Shown here in pieces: positions 48,493-58,406 of a stretch of 64,000 nucleotides of DNA (position 1 is the stretch's first letter; every line of letters starts with the position of its first letter). Position numbers and translations under genes: made by a program. The notes below the pieces were generated by a model. The model made no database searches. It was not told where the DNA came from and worked only from the letters and a program-made list of their open reading frames with translations. This DNA comes from an uncultured Pseudomonadales bacterium. Its GTDB lineage: Bacteria > Patescibacteriota > Microgenomatia > UBA1400 > RBG-16-45-19. Location of the stretch: contig CAYYKL010000004.1 in NCBI GenBank assembly GCA_964441155.1, positions 5,103 to 69,102 on the forward strand. The letters run 5' to 3'.

Positions 48493-49301
48493 TGATTGTA
48501 TGTATGTAATAAATTTCCAAAAAACGTAATTGTCAGCAGCATCAAACTCCATGACTCAGTTAATCTCAAAAAATATTCAACGATGCTTCCTCGCACGTTG
48601 CCAAAATGTTTTCTAAAAAAATATAAGCGAGACTGCTTAAACCATTGCAATACAATCGGATTATTTTTTGGCGTACTAGCCGCTCCTTCATGCATAATCA
48701 CCGCCCTGGGTTCGTACACGACATTTTTCCCTTCCCTAAGACAGCGTCGACACAAATCTGTTTCTTCCCAATACATAAAAAAGTTTTCATCAAAGCCCTT
48801 TAATTTTTTAAACAATGAATTAGGTATTATAAACGCTGCACCAGTTACGGCGCCAACTTGGATCATGTGTGGCGCAATCTTATGATCGAACCAGTGATTT
48901 TTTACAAATGGCAAAAAATGCAAGTATTTTCCCAAAAATGAATAGACAAAAAATGATGAAGTGAAGGTTGGCTGCAATGAATAAGAAAGTTGCGGTTGTT
49001 GCATTAAGTTAACAATTTTTGGAGCCACTATACCTGTCGATTGGTGCTTGCTAAAGTGGTCAATGAGCATGTTTACACTTTTTTCACTCATGACACAGTC
49101 TGGATTTAAGAATAACAAATAGTCGCCTGTTGCTTTTGCTGCTCCCAGATTACAGCCAACAGCAAATCCACCATTTTTCTTACTATTATCAATAACAATT
49201 ACTTCCCACGAGGGGATTTTAGGTATTGAATTGAGACACCGAGCTAAAACCGATTGGTTTTTATATGCAACTATTATTATCGAGAGCTTAATGGCTGACA
49301 T
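48489..49301 (-). CDS. Family-2 glycosyltransferase
   Basis: KLSIIIVAYKNQSVLARCLNSIPK...VIVIDNS... Confidence 0.75.
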   Translation of the reverse strand: MSAIKLSIIIVAYKNQSVLARCLNSIPKIPSWEVIVIDNSKKNGGFAVGCNLGAAKATGDYLLFLNPDCVMSEKSVNMLIDHFSKHQSTGIVAPKIVNLMQQPQLSYSLQPTFTSSFFVYSFLGKYLHFLPFVKNHWFDHKIAPHMIQVGAVTGAAFIIPNSLFKKLKGFDENFFMYWEETDLCRRCLREGKNVVYEPRAVIMHEGAASTPKNNPIVLQWFKQSRLYFFRKHFGNVRGSIVEYFLRLTESWSLMLLTITFFGNLLHTYNQ

Positions 49302-49310
49302 AGTGATGCA

Positions 49311-49334
49311 TTAATTAATTAATTAATTAATTAA
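49311..49334. repeat. (TTAA)6 tetranucleotide microsatellite
   Basis: ttaattaattaattaattaattaa sits exactly between the stop codon of GT4 49323..50432 (the stop lies inside the tract) and the start of GT2 48489..49301. Confidence 0.9.
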
Positions 49335-50432
49335 TTTAGGATAGTTACCTTGTGCCTGAATTAAAATATTGTGTAGTTTTTCACCGTGAGATTGCCAACT
49401 GAAGTTTTTTACCGCATGGGCTCGACATTGTTTTGCTAGTGTTTTGTGGAATTGAGGATCAAGCATTCTATCGATTGCAGTAGCTAATGATTTCGGATGC
49501 CTTTTGATAAGTAGTCCCGTTTTCTCAGAAATTACGGTTTCCTTATAACCTCCTTCGGATAAGGCTATTACTGGTGTAGCACATGACATTGATTCTAATG
49601 CTACTAATCCAAATGGCTCTTTCCGGGCTAAACAAAGCGTTGCAACAGCCTGAGAGTAGAGATGTGCAAGTTGTTTATCGGAGAATGGAAGGGTGCCGTT
49701 CTGGGACGACACATACCTCACGTTAATTTTTTTGTGCAAGATCGCTTTATGTAAAAATGTGTGACCGTTTATTTCATCTTTGCCACCGACAAAGAGAAAA
49801 AATGGCTCATGCCAATTTGTCTTGGCTGATTTTTTAAAGATTTTGCTGTCTACACCTAAACCTATAGGCTGAGCTTGCAATCCATAATGCTTAAGAATTG
49901 ACCTCGCATTGAACTGCGAATGAGTCAATCGAACGGTAGCTGCCCAAGTATTTCTTGTGTCGATTCGCTTTAACATGCTGCGCTCATACATGGCTGACCA
50001 TCGACTGAGCAGCTTCAAATGATTGAGCGAGTGCAATTCAGGCTCTGAGACTACTCGTAGCGGCTCTTCAATAAAATAAAGTGTAGGAATTTTACTCAAG
50101 CGCAAGAGATAGGGAGCTTGCGTGTGCCTGCATGGATGCACCAATAGTAAGTCAGGATTATGGGCGGAAATTTGAGCAGAAAGCGTTTGATATATGCCCC
50201 GCAACTGATAACGTAGCCAGAATGCGCGAGAAATTATTGTTTCATGATCTGGTGTTTTGTTGTTTATTTGGTGATTAATTATCACTACAGAGTTAGGTAA
50301 TAAAGCTTTTTTTTGATGAGCCGCGCTAAACCAGACTATTTGATGACCAAGAGAAGTGAGGTAAAGCACCTGCTCATAAACTACGCGAGCAGCTCCGCCT
50401 GGAGGCACATTATCAAAAACGGCGATTTTCAT
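49323..50432 (-). CDS. GT4 glycosyltransferase
   Basis: ...FLFVGGKDEINGHTFLHKA...EPFGLVALESMSCATPVIAL. The likely start is MKIAVFDNV (50432), not the upstream Met at 50501 used by the ORF track. Confidence 0.75.
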   Translation of the reverse strand: MKIAVFDNVPPGGAARVVYEQVLYLTSLGHQIVWFSAAHQKKALLPNSVVIINHQINNKTPDHETIISRAFWLRYQLRGIYQTLSAQISAHNPDLLLVHPCRHTQAPYLLRLSKIPTLYFIEEPLRVVSEPELHSLNHLKLLSRWSAMYERSMLKRIDTRNTWAATVRLTHSQFNARSILKHYGLQAQPIGLGVDSKIFKKSAKTNWHEPFFLFVGGKDEINGHTFLHKAILHKKINVRYVSSQNGTLPFSDKQLAHLYSQAVATLCLARKEPFGLVALESMSCATPVIALSEGGYKETVISEKTGLLIKRHPKSLATAIDRMLDPQFHKTLAKQCRAHAVKNFSWQSHGEKLHNILIQAQGNYPKLIN

Positions 50433-51630
50433 TGCCTGATTGTACCAGTGATACCCAGGTACTGACCATGACAGAAGCAGATTCTTTAGCAGAAAACTCA
50501 CGAGCTTGATTCAAGCCTTTTTGAATAATTGTGTCCCGTTTATGATTACTCATCTTAAGCATTTCCGTTATGGCTGTGCTCAAAATGGTTGAACTGCTCG
50601 TGTCAACCAGCATCGCTGCGTCACCAGCAACCTCCCTAAAAATTGGCAGATTGGAACAGATGACCGGCACCCCAGCCTTCATTGCCTCTGCGATTGGCAT
50701 CCCGAAACCTTCATATCGTGAAGCATAGACAAACGCATGTGCTCTGGCATACAACTGATCGAGACAAGTATCACAAACATACTCCGTCACCCAAATATTT
50801 TCTCCCGTACCTTGAACCACGTCAGATCCCCAACCTTTTGCGCCAACTATCACTAATGGATGATTCACTTTGATTGGAGCATCAAGTTGCTCGAATGCCA
50901 TAATAAGCGTGCCAAGGTTCTTTCTTGGTTCCCGAGTAGCCACACTTAATACGTAGTTATTTTTTTGAATCGTGGAAAATAATCCAGGCAACTTCTTTAT
51001 ACAGGCAAAGTCAACACAAGAGTCAGTCAGAGTCTGCCGATTATCGATTGGAGGATAAACAACTGAAACCATTTCTTTGGGCAATTGCCAATCTTTGACA
51101 AGCTCACTTTTCATGGTTTTCGAAATTGAAAAAAAGTGAGTACAACGGGAGCGAATCGCCCTCAATCGTCTGGTTTGAATTGATGCGTTTTTTTTTGTAT
51201 GGGAAGCGGGAATCTTTTGAGCAGATAAGTCAAACACCGTGGCCGTCGCTAGGCTATTCGTGGAAAAACTATAAGCGTCAAATTGATGCATAATATCCAT
51301 CGCACCAATTAATGGGTCAACAAGCTTTAAGGGAAGCATTTGCAAAGCGCTTAGCAACGAAGATTGGATTTTTTGAGGAACAAACAGGATTTTTTGCTTA
51401 AGCTGAGGGGCAATTTGATTCAGTTGCGCTTCAATTTTTTCTTGCAAACCCCGTGGACAAACTCCAATCAGCAAATATTCATGCTGTGATTCATACTTCA
51501 CCAAAGCATGAATCACACTGGCACAATAATAAGAAACACCAGTGGGTCGATCTTGAAATATAGGCGTTATGTCTAAAGCAATGCGCATGACATAATAATA
51601 GCAGAGTAAAAAAATTACTTGAGACAACAC
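50413..51630 (-). CDS. GT4 glycosyltransferase
   Basis: ...SVATREPRKNLGTLIMAFEQL...RYEGFGMPIAEAMKAGVPVICSNLPIFREVAG (EX7E). The coding sequence contains an A9 homopolymer (51188..51196). Confidence 0.75.
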   Translation of the reverse strand: MLSQVIFLLCYYYVMRIALDITPIFQDRPTGVSYYCASVIHALVKYESQHEYLLIGVCPRGLQEKIEAQLNQIAPQLKQKILFVPQKIQSSLLSALQMLPLKLVDPLIGAMDIMHQFDAYSFSTNSLATATVFDLSAQKIPASHTKKNASIQTRRLRAIRSRCTHFFSISKTMKSELVKDWQLPKEMVSVVYPPIDNRQTLTDSCVDFACIKKLPGLFSTIQKNNYVLSVATREPRKNLGTLIMAFEQLDAPIKVNHPLVIVGAKGWGSDVVQGTGENIWVTEYVCDTCLDQLYARAHAFVYASRYEGFGMPIAEAMKAGVPVICSNLPIFREVAGDAAMLVDTSSSTILSTAITEMLKMSNHKRDTIIQKGLNQAREFSAKESASVMVSTWVSLVQSGNENRRF

Positions 51631-52860
51631 ATGGGCTACACTAAATCAGCTCTATTAGGGTTTTCATGGATTGGCCTAATGCGCTTTTTTAGTCGCGGCG
51701 GCGGCATGCTTCGAGCCGCTCTATTAGCCCGATTGCTCTCGCCACAAGACTTTGGCATATTTGGCATCGCTTTTTTAGCTCTAGCATTTTTAGAACTTCT
51801 GACTGAAACAGGCATAAATGTCGTCTTGGTTCAAGAGCACGAGAACGCCATTGAGGAATATCTCAATACTGCCTGGGTTGTTTCTATTGTGCGCGGCGTA
51901 CTTGTTTGCCTGCTTTTGTGTCTAACTGCTCCGTTAATCGTTCTCTTTTTCAAAGAACCCCGAGCTTTACCATTATTGCTTTTAGTAAGTCTAGTCCCAT
52001 TAGTGAGAGGCTTCATCAATCCCGCAGTTGCTCGATTTCAAAAAAAACTGGAGTACCGTCGGGATTTTTCCTATCGAACAGTATTAATTGTTGTGGAAAC
52101 TTTGGTGAGCGTCACTCTTGCATTTATAACTCGTCATCCGGCAAGCTTGGTTGTAGGCTTACTCGCAAGTGCATTTATAGAGCTCATCATTACCCATACT
52201 ACAATCCGTCCACGCCCAAAACTTGCATTTAATCGAAAACAATTCACAAAAATCGTGAGCTCGGGAAAGTGGGTGACTACCGCCGGTATTTTTGAGTACA
52301 TCGCTAGCAGAAGCCAGGATATCGTCATTGGTCGCTTTATTTCAAGTGTTTCGTTAGGGCTGTATCAGATGGCCAATCGATTCACCACGCTACCAACGTC
52401 AGAAATCATCGAAGTCGTTAACCGAGTCACGTTCCCCATCTACACGAAAATTGCTGATGACAAGAAACGCTTGCGACGTGCTTTTTTTCGCAATTACTTA
52501 GGGATTTTAGCTTTATTTCTCCCGCTAACAATCGTAATTTATGTCTTTGCTGATGCGATAACGCTTTTCATCCTTGGAGACCAATGGATGGCTGTGGCGC
52601 CGCTTATGCGCTCCTTAAGCTTGCTCAACGCTGCAATTGTACTTACCGCTCCTTCAAACCCACTCTTGTTGGCGCTCAAAAAGCAAAAGCATCTATCAAA
52701 TCTCACCTTGTTGCGAGCATTCGTGCTGGTGATAATGATTGTGCCGATGATATCGAAATGGGGAATTAATGGTGTGATATATGCCACTTTCATTTCATAC
52801 ATGGTTACACTTCCGTTTAGATTCTGGTACACATTCAACGTACTTAAGGGAAGCCAGTGA
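51619..52860 (+). CDS. Wzx-like (MOP family) polysaccharide flippase
   Basis: ...GMLRAALLARLLSPQDFGIFGIAFLALAFLELL... with about 12 TM helices. An alternative start is Met 51631. Confidence 0.55.
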   Translation: MRQHMGYTKSALLGFSWIGLMRFFSRGGGMLRAALLARLLSPQDFGIFGIAFLALAFLELLTETGINVVLVQEHENAIEEYLNTAWVVSIVRGVLVCLLLCLTAPLIVLFFKEPRALPLLLLVSLVPLVRGFINPAVARFQKKLEYRRDFSYRTVLIVVETLVSVTLAFITRHPASLVVGLLASAFIELIITHTTIRPRPKLAFNRKQFTKIVSSGKWVTTAGIFEYIASRSQDIVIGRFISSVSLGLYQMANRFTTLPTSEIIEVVNRVTFPIYTKIADDKKRLRRAFFRNYLGILALFLPLTIVIYVFADAITLFILGDQWMAVAPLMRSLSLLNAAIVLTAPSNPLLLALKKQKHLSNLTLLRAFVLVIMIVPMISKWGINGVIYATFISYMVTLPFRFWYTFNVLKGSQ

Positions 52861-53404
52861 TTAAAACACTTAAAGAATCTCTTGTGTATAGTGACTCGTG
52901 GCTTAGCTTCTACAAAGATGATGTTTCGTTTCCAGGTGGAGAAATTGGTACCTATGTTAAATTGAGACGTAAAAGCGGGGCAGGCGTAGTCCTAATTAAC
53001 CCAGAAAATAAATCATATTGGTACAATTATTACGATATCCAACGCAACGAGAATCATGGGTAATTCCAGGAGGAGGAATTGAGCCAGGGCAACAACCTGA
53101 AGAGGCAGCAATTTCCGAAACTCAAGAAGAAGTAGGCATACATATCGACGCCAAGCATCTCCAGCCGTTAGGTAGTTTTTATCCACTCAATAGTTTAAGT
53201 GACGAGCGCATTAGCTTGTTTTTGGCAAGAATTTCAGAATCTGAATTGAGAGATCACGTTGCAAACGATGCGGAAATCATTTCAGTTGCTCTCATTGAAA
53301 TTTCTCATGCTCTTCAAATGATTGAAGATGGACGGATTAACGATGAAATAACTGCACTCGCAATACACCTTGTTCTAAACAAACTAACTCTTGGCTCCCA
53401 GTAG
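52857..53404 (+). pseudogene. NUDIX hydrolase split by a frameshift (either a pseudogene or an assembly error)
   Basis: ORF 52857..53063 holds the NUDIX N-terminal beta-strand region. The overlapping ORF 53018..53404 in another frame holds the Nudix box GGGIEPGQQPEEAAISETQEEVG. The frame switches near 53040..53060. Confidence 0.5.
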
Positions 53405-54313
53405 TCCACGCACTGAACCGAGCATAACGCCAATATCCGCTACCACTTGAACAATAGGCAACACGACATAATATTCGAACCTATGCTTGGCCACGCGCTT
53501 CAATCGTTTGCGAAATTTAATTATCGGAAATAGAGGATAGAGCACAAACAACCAAGGCACCCAAATGAACAGGAAATAGCGCAGCCAAACTGTATGAATT
53601 CTCTGCATGTGTGGGCGATATCGCGCTTCCATATCGCCGCGTGCATATCCGGCAATTGCTTTGAAAAAATTTCCGAAAGATTTTGGTGGATGCCAATACA
53701 CAATTGCTTTAGGATTTATAATCATGCCCACCACTGACTTCAAACGCCGGGCAAATACTAAATCTTCGCATGTGGTTAAATATTCAGGATACTTGCCGGC
53801 TTTTTTCCAAGCCGCTTTTGTAAATGCAATCGATCGGGAAGACGGCAAAAAGCCCTTCGTGTTCAAATCATGCGGATCAGTTGCTGTAAACCAAGCAAAA
53901 CAACGCTCGATTATGTATTTGGTAATCGGCAAATAAAACCCGCCCACTACTTCATTTTCTCGCTTGGAACCGACTGCAATCGCCATTTCTTTAAGCCAAT
54001 CAATATCAGCCTTACATCCTGCATCGGTGATTGCAATCCATTCGTTGTTAGCGGACTCAATTCCTATATTCCTACCTTTTGAGCGATTAACATTGCCTGC
54101 TTTAATCAATTGAATTTTAATCGATGCATGCAACTCACCCCAATGCATAATTTGCTCAGCAGTAGCATCTCGTGATTGAGCATCAACAATAATGATTTCA
54201 TTCGGTTTGCATGACTGTTTTGCAAGAGAATTAAGCAAATCAGCAATGCTTAAAGCTTCATTTTTTGTCGTAACGACTACCGAAAAAGGTATTAATGGAG
54301 ATGCTGGATTCAT
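53384..54313 (-). CDS. Family-2 glycosyltransferase with a C-terminal membrane segment
   Basis: FSVVVTTKNEALSIADLLNSLAKQSCKPNEIIIVDAQSRDAT. Confidence 0.75.
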   Translation of the reverse strand: MNPASPLIPFSVVVTTKNEALSIADLLNSLAKQSCKPNEIIIVDAQSRDATAEQIMHWGELHASIKIQLIKAGNVNRSKGRNIGIESANNEWIAITDAGCKADIDWLKEMAIAVGSKRENEVVGGFYLPITKYIIERCFAWFTATDPHDLNTKGFLPSSRSIAFTKAAWKKAGKYPEYLTTCEDLVFARRLKSVVGMIINPKAIVYWHPPKSFGNFFKAIAGYARGDMEARYRPHMQRIHTVWLRYFLFIWVPWLFVLYPLFPIIKFRKRLKRVAKHRFEYYVVLPIVQVVADIGVMLGSVRGLLGAKS

Positions 54314-54505
54314 ATGGTATGTATCTTAAATAGCCCAGTCCTTATGTAGCGTCGAATTATTAGGCGAAACTCTAGATCTTAATCGGTAAAAATTCTATGC
54401 ATATATCGTGTGTAGACTTATCCCACATCCTGCTTTTAAAAATATGAGCAGTATTTTTATACTAGCTATTGTGAAATAGCATAGCAAATGCAATTGCTTT
54501 TTTTA

Positions 54506-55465
54506 CTAGCTCAGACGCTTGAAAGCGGCCACAAACATGGGGTCATATCCCTCTTGAAGATGTGGCAATACCCGTCTTACTTTGCCAAGATCAAATGCAC
54601 TTGTGAGATCAATACTTAATCCCGAAGATCCAATTTCTGGTACGTACGAAATGTCGATTAATTCAAGAGTGTTTCCCATATTCTTGAGTAGTTTAGCAAC
54701 AATTCCTTCGTTTTCTTGCACGTTTATAGCACAAGTGGCATATACCAAAGTGCCTCCAACCTTTAAGGCTTTGATAAGGCTTTTTATCAATCGAAGCTGT
54801 CTTTCAACTAGTTTGGTAATTCGCTTGGGCGTCCAAGTCTGCAATACTTTAGGGTTTTGCATCACATGTTTTTCGCTGCTGCATGGGGCATCAAGCAAAA
54901 TCTTATCGAAGACTTCGCCTGCTTTTGCACCAATAATTTCGGCTGGCAGATTAGCAGTCTCAGTATTTTCTAAACCGTAGGCGATCATGTTATTTTTCAA
55001 TTGGAGATAGCGCTGTTTAGACAGCTCATTTGCAACGATGGTGATTTCGTTCGAGGGAGTGCACCAGCTTAATGCCAAGGTTTTGCCACCTGGCGCAGCA
55101 CAGGCGTCCAGCACAACTTCTTTTGGCTGTATGTTGAGCGCTATCACCGGCAACAGTGAAGCAGGGTTAAGAAGATAAAACCAATGCTGATCGTATCCCG
55201 GCAGCTGCGATGGAAACGACATTTCCTTTGGCCATTTGATTGCCTGCGCAAACCATGGAATCGACTCCATGCTAAGTCCTTGAGCATCCCACAACTGTTT
55301 GAGCTTATTTTGATGGAGTGGATTTATTAGTATGCAAGGAACGTTTTTCAGCTTGAGAGATTGGATAAGTAGCTCATGATCATCGTTTGTCTTTGTCATT
55401 TGACGATAGAATTCATGAAATGCATTTTCGCCAATAATTTTTTGATCTCTTTTGGCTTTATTCAT
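54506..55465 (-). CDS. RNA cytosine-C5 methyltransferase of the NOL1/NOP2/Sun (RsmB/RsmF) family
   Basis: VLDACAAPGGKTLAL (motif I), DKILLDAPCSSE (motif IV, catalytic Cys) and LVYATCAINVQENEG (motif VI, second Cys). Confidence 0.75.
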   Translation of the reverse strand: MNKAKRDQKIIGENAFHEFYRQMTKTNDDHELLIQSLKLKNVPCILINPLHQNKLKQLWDAQGLSMESIPWFAQAIKWPKEMSFPSQLPGYDQHWFYLLNPASLLPVIALNIQPKEVVLDACAAPGGKTLALSWCTPSNEITIVANELSKQRYLQLKNNMIAYGLENTETANLPAEIIGAKAGEVFDKILLDAPCSSEKHVMQNPKVLQTWTPKRITKLVERQLRLIKSLIKALKVGGTLVYATCAINVQENEGIVAKLLKNMGNTLELIDISYVPEIGSSGLSIDLTSAFDLGKVRRVLPHLQEGYDPMFVAAFKRLS

Positions 55466-56552
55466 ATGAATCTAGCCTTTCGGATGCCTTTAGCATTTGA
55501 TTAATAACCTCCTGCGCAACTTCACCGTTTAACGTATGTGGTTTATATTCGTTGCCAATGTAAATTGGCTGAAATCGCACATCAACTAAACTGTTTTCAA
55601 TAAAAATGTATTCACCCACGATTCCTTGCCGGGTTTTTTCTGACCAAAATTGATCAAAAACAAGATTTCCATGAGAATACACAATCAATTTCTGGTTATA
55701 TAGCTCGATAGCTTGCACCCAATGAGGATGACTTCCTAAAACTAAGGCTGCGCCTGCTTCTATGGCAGCATGCGCTAGATCTTGTTGATGTTGATTTGGA
55801 TCGTGCGTATATTCACTGCCCCAATGAAAATAGGGGATAACAACCGATGAACGCTTATTAGCAAGCGAAACTAAGGCAATTATTTCCTGAGGATTTCTTT
55901 CTTTTAGAGTGGCATCGATGCCAACCATTGCCACTTCTACGTTATCCTTTACTTGTAAGTAGGCAATTTCATCAAATCCAACATAGTGCAGCGCACCTTG
56001 ATCTAAAATTGTTTTTGTTTCAAGCAAACCTGCACTCCCAAAATTGAGACTATGGTTATTTGCCAGGCTTACCACATCAATTCCTGCATTTTTCAAAGCG
56101 TCTACATGCCTCAAATTGCCGCAAAATTTCATGCCATCAGAAAGCAAGGGACAGTTTGCCACCAAGGCGCCTTCCAAATTGACCATCGCAATATCAGCGT
56201 CTGAAAACAAATTCCCAAGATTCTCTAGTAATTGACCAAAGCTATCTTGATTGTTAGCCACCACATTAACATGTCTACCCGGATTGTAATCGCCGCCAAC
56301 TACCAATTTCCAGGATTTTTGGTCTGTAATCTCAATCACATCATCAAAGATCGTTTCGAGTGCAAGCATGTCGTGACTAGTGGGCAGCGGAATGGTGCTT
56401 GGAGTTACGGTAGAGATTTCAGTTTTTTTTGGGATTACTAATAACTGACGATTCTGAGACAGCACGGTCATTATGTACTTGATGAGCAACATATTAACCA
56501 GTGCAAAGGCACCCACCAAAGTCATTAGCCAGAAATTTTTATGTGCGCTCAT
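55458..56552 (-). CDS. CapA/PGA_cap family metallophosphatase-like protein
   Basis: ...DIAMVNLEGAL..., ...VVSLANNHSLNFG... and ...GSHPHWVQ... match the CapA family. N-terminal TM. Confidence 0.75.
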   Translation of the reverse strand: MSAHKNFWLMTLVGAFALVNMLLIKYIMTVLSQNRQLLVIPKKTEISTVTPSTIPLPTSHDMLALETIFDDVIEITDQKSWKLVVGGDYNPGRHVNVVANNQDSFGQLLENLGNLFSDADIAMVNLEGALVANCPLLSDGMKFCGNLRHVDALKNAGIDVVSLANNHSLNFGSAGLLETKTILDQGALHYVGFDEIAYLQVKDNVEVAMVGIDATLKERNPQEIIALVSLANKRSSVVIPYFHWGSEYTHDPNQHQQDLAHAAIEAGAALVLGSHPHWVQAIELYNQKLIVYSHGNLVFDQFWSEKTRQGIVGEYIFIENSLVDVRFQPIYIGNEYKPHTLNGEVAQEVINQMLKASERLDSYE

Positions 56553-56644
56553 CCCTCTATTCTACCTGCAAATTTCTTGATAAGCGTGCTTTTTTCAGAT
56601 ACTTAGGGTAGGATGATCCCAATTAAAAAGGATGAAATGACGTC

Positions 56645-57511
56645 ATGAACTACTCCGAAACCACCTGGATATCGTTTTCGTCAATGCGAAATTTCATGCA
56701 ATGCCCACGATCATACTACCTCGCAAATGTTTTTCGCGATCCCAAAACTAATCACAAAATATCAACAGTCAGCCCTCCGCTTGCACTGGGGCAAATTGTG
56801 CACCAAGTACTTGAAGAGCTCTCTGGATTACCAGCTCAAAAACGTTTCGAAAAACCACTGACTGATGAATTTATTAAAAAATGGACCTCTGTTTCTGGAA
56901 AATTAGGTGGATTTTCAAGCGAGGCACAAGAAAATGAGTTCAAATTGCGAGGCTTAGAAATGCTGCGAAAAGTCCAGTTAAATCCAGGACCATTAGCAAA
57001 TTTGGCGATAAAACTTGCGGATAACTTACCAAGTTATTGGCTAAGCGATGTCGATCAAATCAAACTCTGCGGCAAAATTGACTGGCTTGAATATCTCCCC
57101 GACACAGATGAAGTCCATATTATTGATTTTAAAACAAGCAAGTCTACCCAAGAAAGCGAGAGCTTGCAGCTTCCCATTTATGTATTACTAACATCACACG
57201 TTCAAAAACGTGCGGTTAAAAAAACCAGTTATTGGTATTTAGGCCTGCACGACGCGCCCGTAGAACAGCCAGTGCCAGATCTCAAACAAGCGGAGCAAGA
57301 TATCGGTAAAATCGCACAAGAGATTAGATTGGCAAGAAAGCTTAATCGGTTTCCCTGCAAAAAGGCCAGCGCAACTTGCTCTTTCTGCTCACCATATGAA
57401 GCCATTATTGAAGGAAAAGCAATTTTTGTGGGGACTGGGATATACCAACAAGATTTATATATGATTCATCGATCAAATGAAGATGAAGGAAGCTCAAGCC
57501 TCATTCACTAG
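56645..57511 (+). CDS. PD-(D/E)XK nuclease of the Cas4/RecB-like type with an Fe-S cysteine cluster
   Basis: An N-terminal Cys (QCPRSYYL), the IIDFKTSK (D...E/DxK) core, and a C-terminal C-x6-C-x2-C (CKKASATCSFC). Confidence 0.55.
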   Translation: MNYSETTWISFSSMRNFMQCPRSYYLANVFRDPKTNHKISTVSPPLALGQIVHQVLEELSGLPAQKRFEKPLTDEFIKKWTSVSGKLGGFSSEAQENEFKLRGLEMLRKVQLNPGPLANLAIKLADNLPSYWLSDVDQIKLCGKIDWLEYLPDTDEVHIIDFKTSKSTQESESLQLPIYVLLTSHVQKRAVKKTSYWYLGLHDAPVEQPVPDLKQAEQDIGKIAQEIRLARKLNRFPCKKASATCSFCSPYEAIIEGKAIFVGTGIYQQDLYMIHRSNEDEGSSSLIH

Positions 57512-58245
57512 AATTTTTTTTGCGTGTAGCGCATGGTGTAAGCAAGCTCAATAAGCTGAGCTGTTTCTTCAACGCTATAGTGCTGGGTGTTTACGGTTAA
57601 GTCGTAATATTTTGGACTTTTTATCTCTTTGCCAAAGTATTGCTTAACAAATCCCGCTCGCTCTGCCGCGACTTTTCGAATAATATCTCTGGCTTTTTGA
57701 TAATCAACCCCTTCGTATTTTACTGCTCGAGCAACACAAACTCGGTAGGGTGCAGTGATGCGCACATGAAAGCCTGCACCGCGAGGGACTATGAAATTTG
57801 TACCTCTTCCTAACAAAACAACGTTTCCTTTGTGCGCCAGACTCAGGACCACTCTATATAAGTGCTTTAAATATCGCTGCTCAGAAACATAATCTGGATT
57901 AATGAGTTGATGCACAATGTCTTGAACCATTGTTCGCTGTCGCTCGTCAACTCTTTCAATTATATCTTTGCGTAATTTTGCCGATGAGGCTACTTCTTGC
58001 AAAAGCTTGTCATCATAGAATTCATATCCCAACTTTTTTGCTAATAATTGGGCTATTGGCTTACCGCCACTTCCGGGATCACGAGCAACAGTAACAAATT
58101 TTCCAAACATTGTTGTCGGTTGATTTTGAAGATTACTTTGCACTTTCTTTTGTACAAGTTCTATTCTTTTATAAAATTCATTAATGAACTCATGATATAT
58201 GTTTTTCATAATATGATTATGACAATTGAGAAATGAATTATGCAA
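57508..58245 (-). CDS. Cytidylate-kinase-like family protein
   Basis: FVTVARDPGSGGKPIAQLLAKKLGYEFYDDKLLQ is the P-loop-like start of the Cytidylate_kin2 family. Confidence 0.5.
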   Translation of the reverse strand: MHNSFLNCHNHIMKNIYHEFINEFYKRIELVQKKVQSNLQNQPTTMFGKFVTVARDPGSGGKPIAQLLAKKLGYEFYDDKLLQEVASSAKLRKDIIERVDERQRTMVQDIVHQLINPDYVSEQRYLKHLYRVVLSLAHKGNVVLLGRGTNFIVPRGAGFHVRITAPYRVCVARAVKYEGVDYQKARDIIRKVAAERAGFVKQYFGKEIKSPKYYDLTVNTQHYSVEETAQLIELAYTMRYTQKKF

Positions 58246-58406
58246 TATGTATTAAATATTTCGGAAAATAATTTGAATTCACAATTTATTTCTGTATTTC
58301 TTGCCTTTAACATAAAGAGTTGCATTACTCACTTTGCAAAAAAATGTAAACAAAGATTAATATTGATTGATATGTGGTTTACAATATAAGTTTAGCGAGT
58401 ATTTAT

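Noticed and set aside
54314-54505. Possible small RNA or operator in the 190-bp spacer with repeated AGCTAGTA and the GCAATTGC palindrome
   Set aside because: Only weak, short repeats and no terminator. Most simply it is the promoter region of the GT2 gene at 54313.
56645-58245. Cas4-like nuclease plus cytidylate-kinase-like gene as a defence operon
   Set aside because: The two genes are convergent (opposite strands, 4-nt tail overlap), so they are not co-transcribed. There is no evidence of a functional link.
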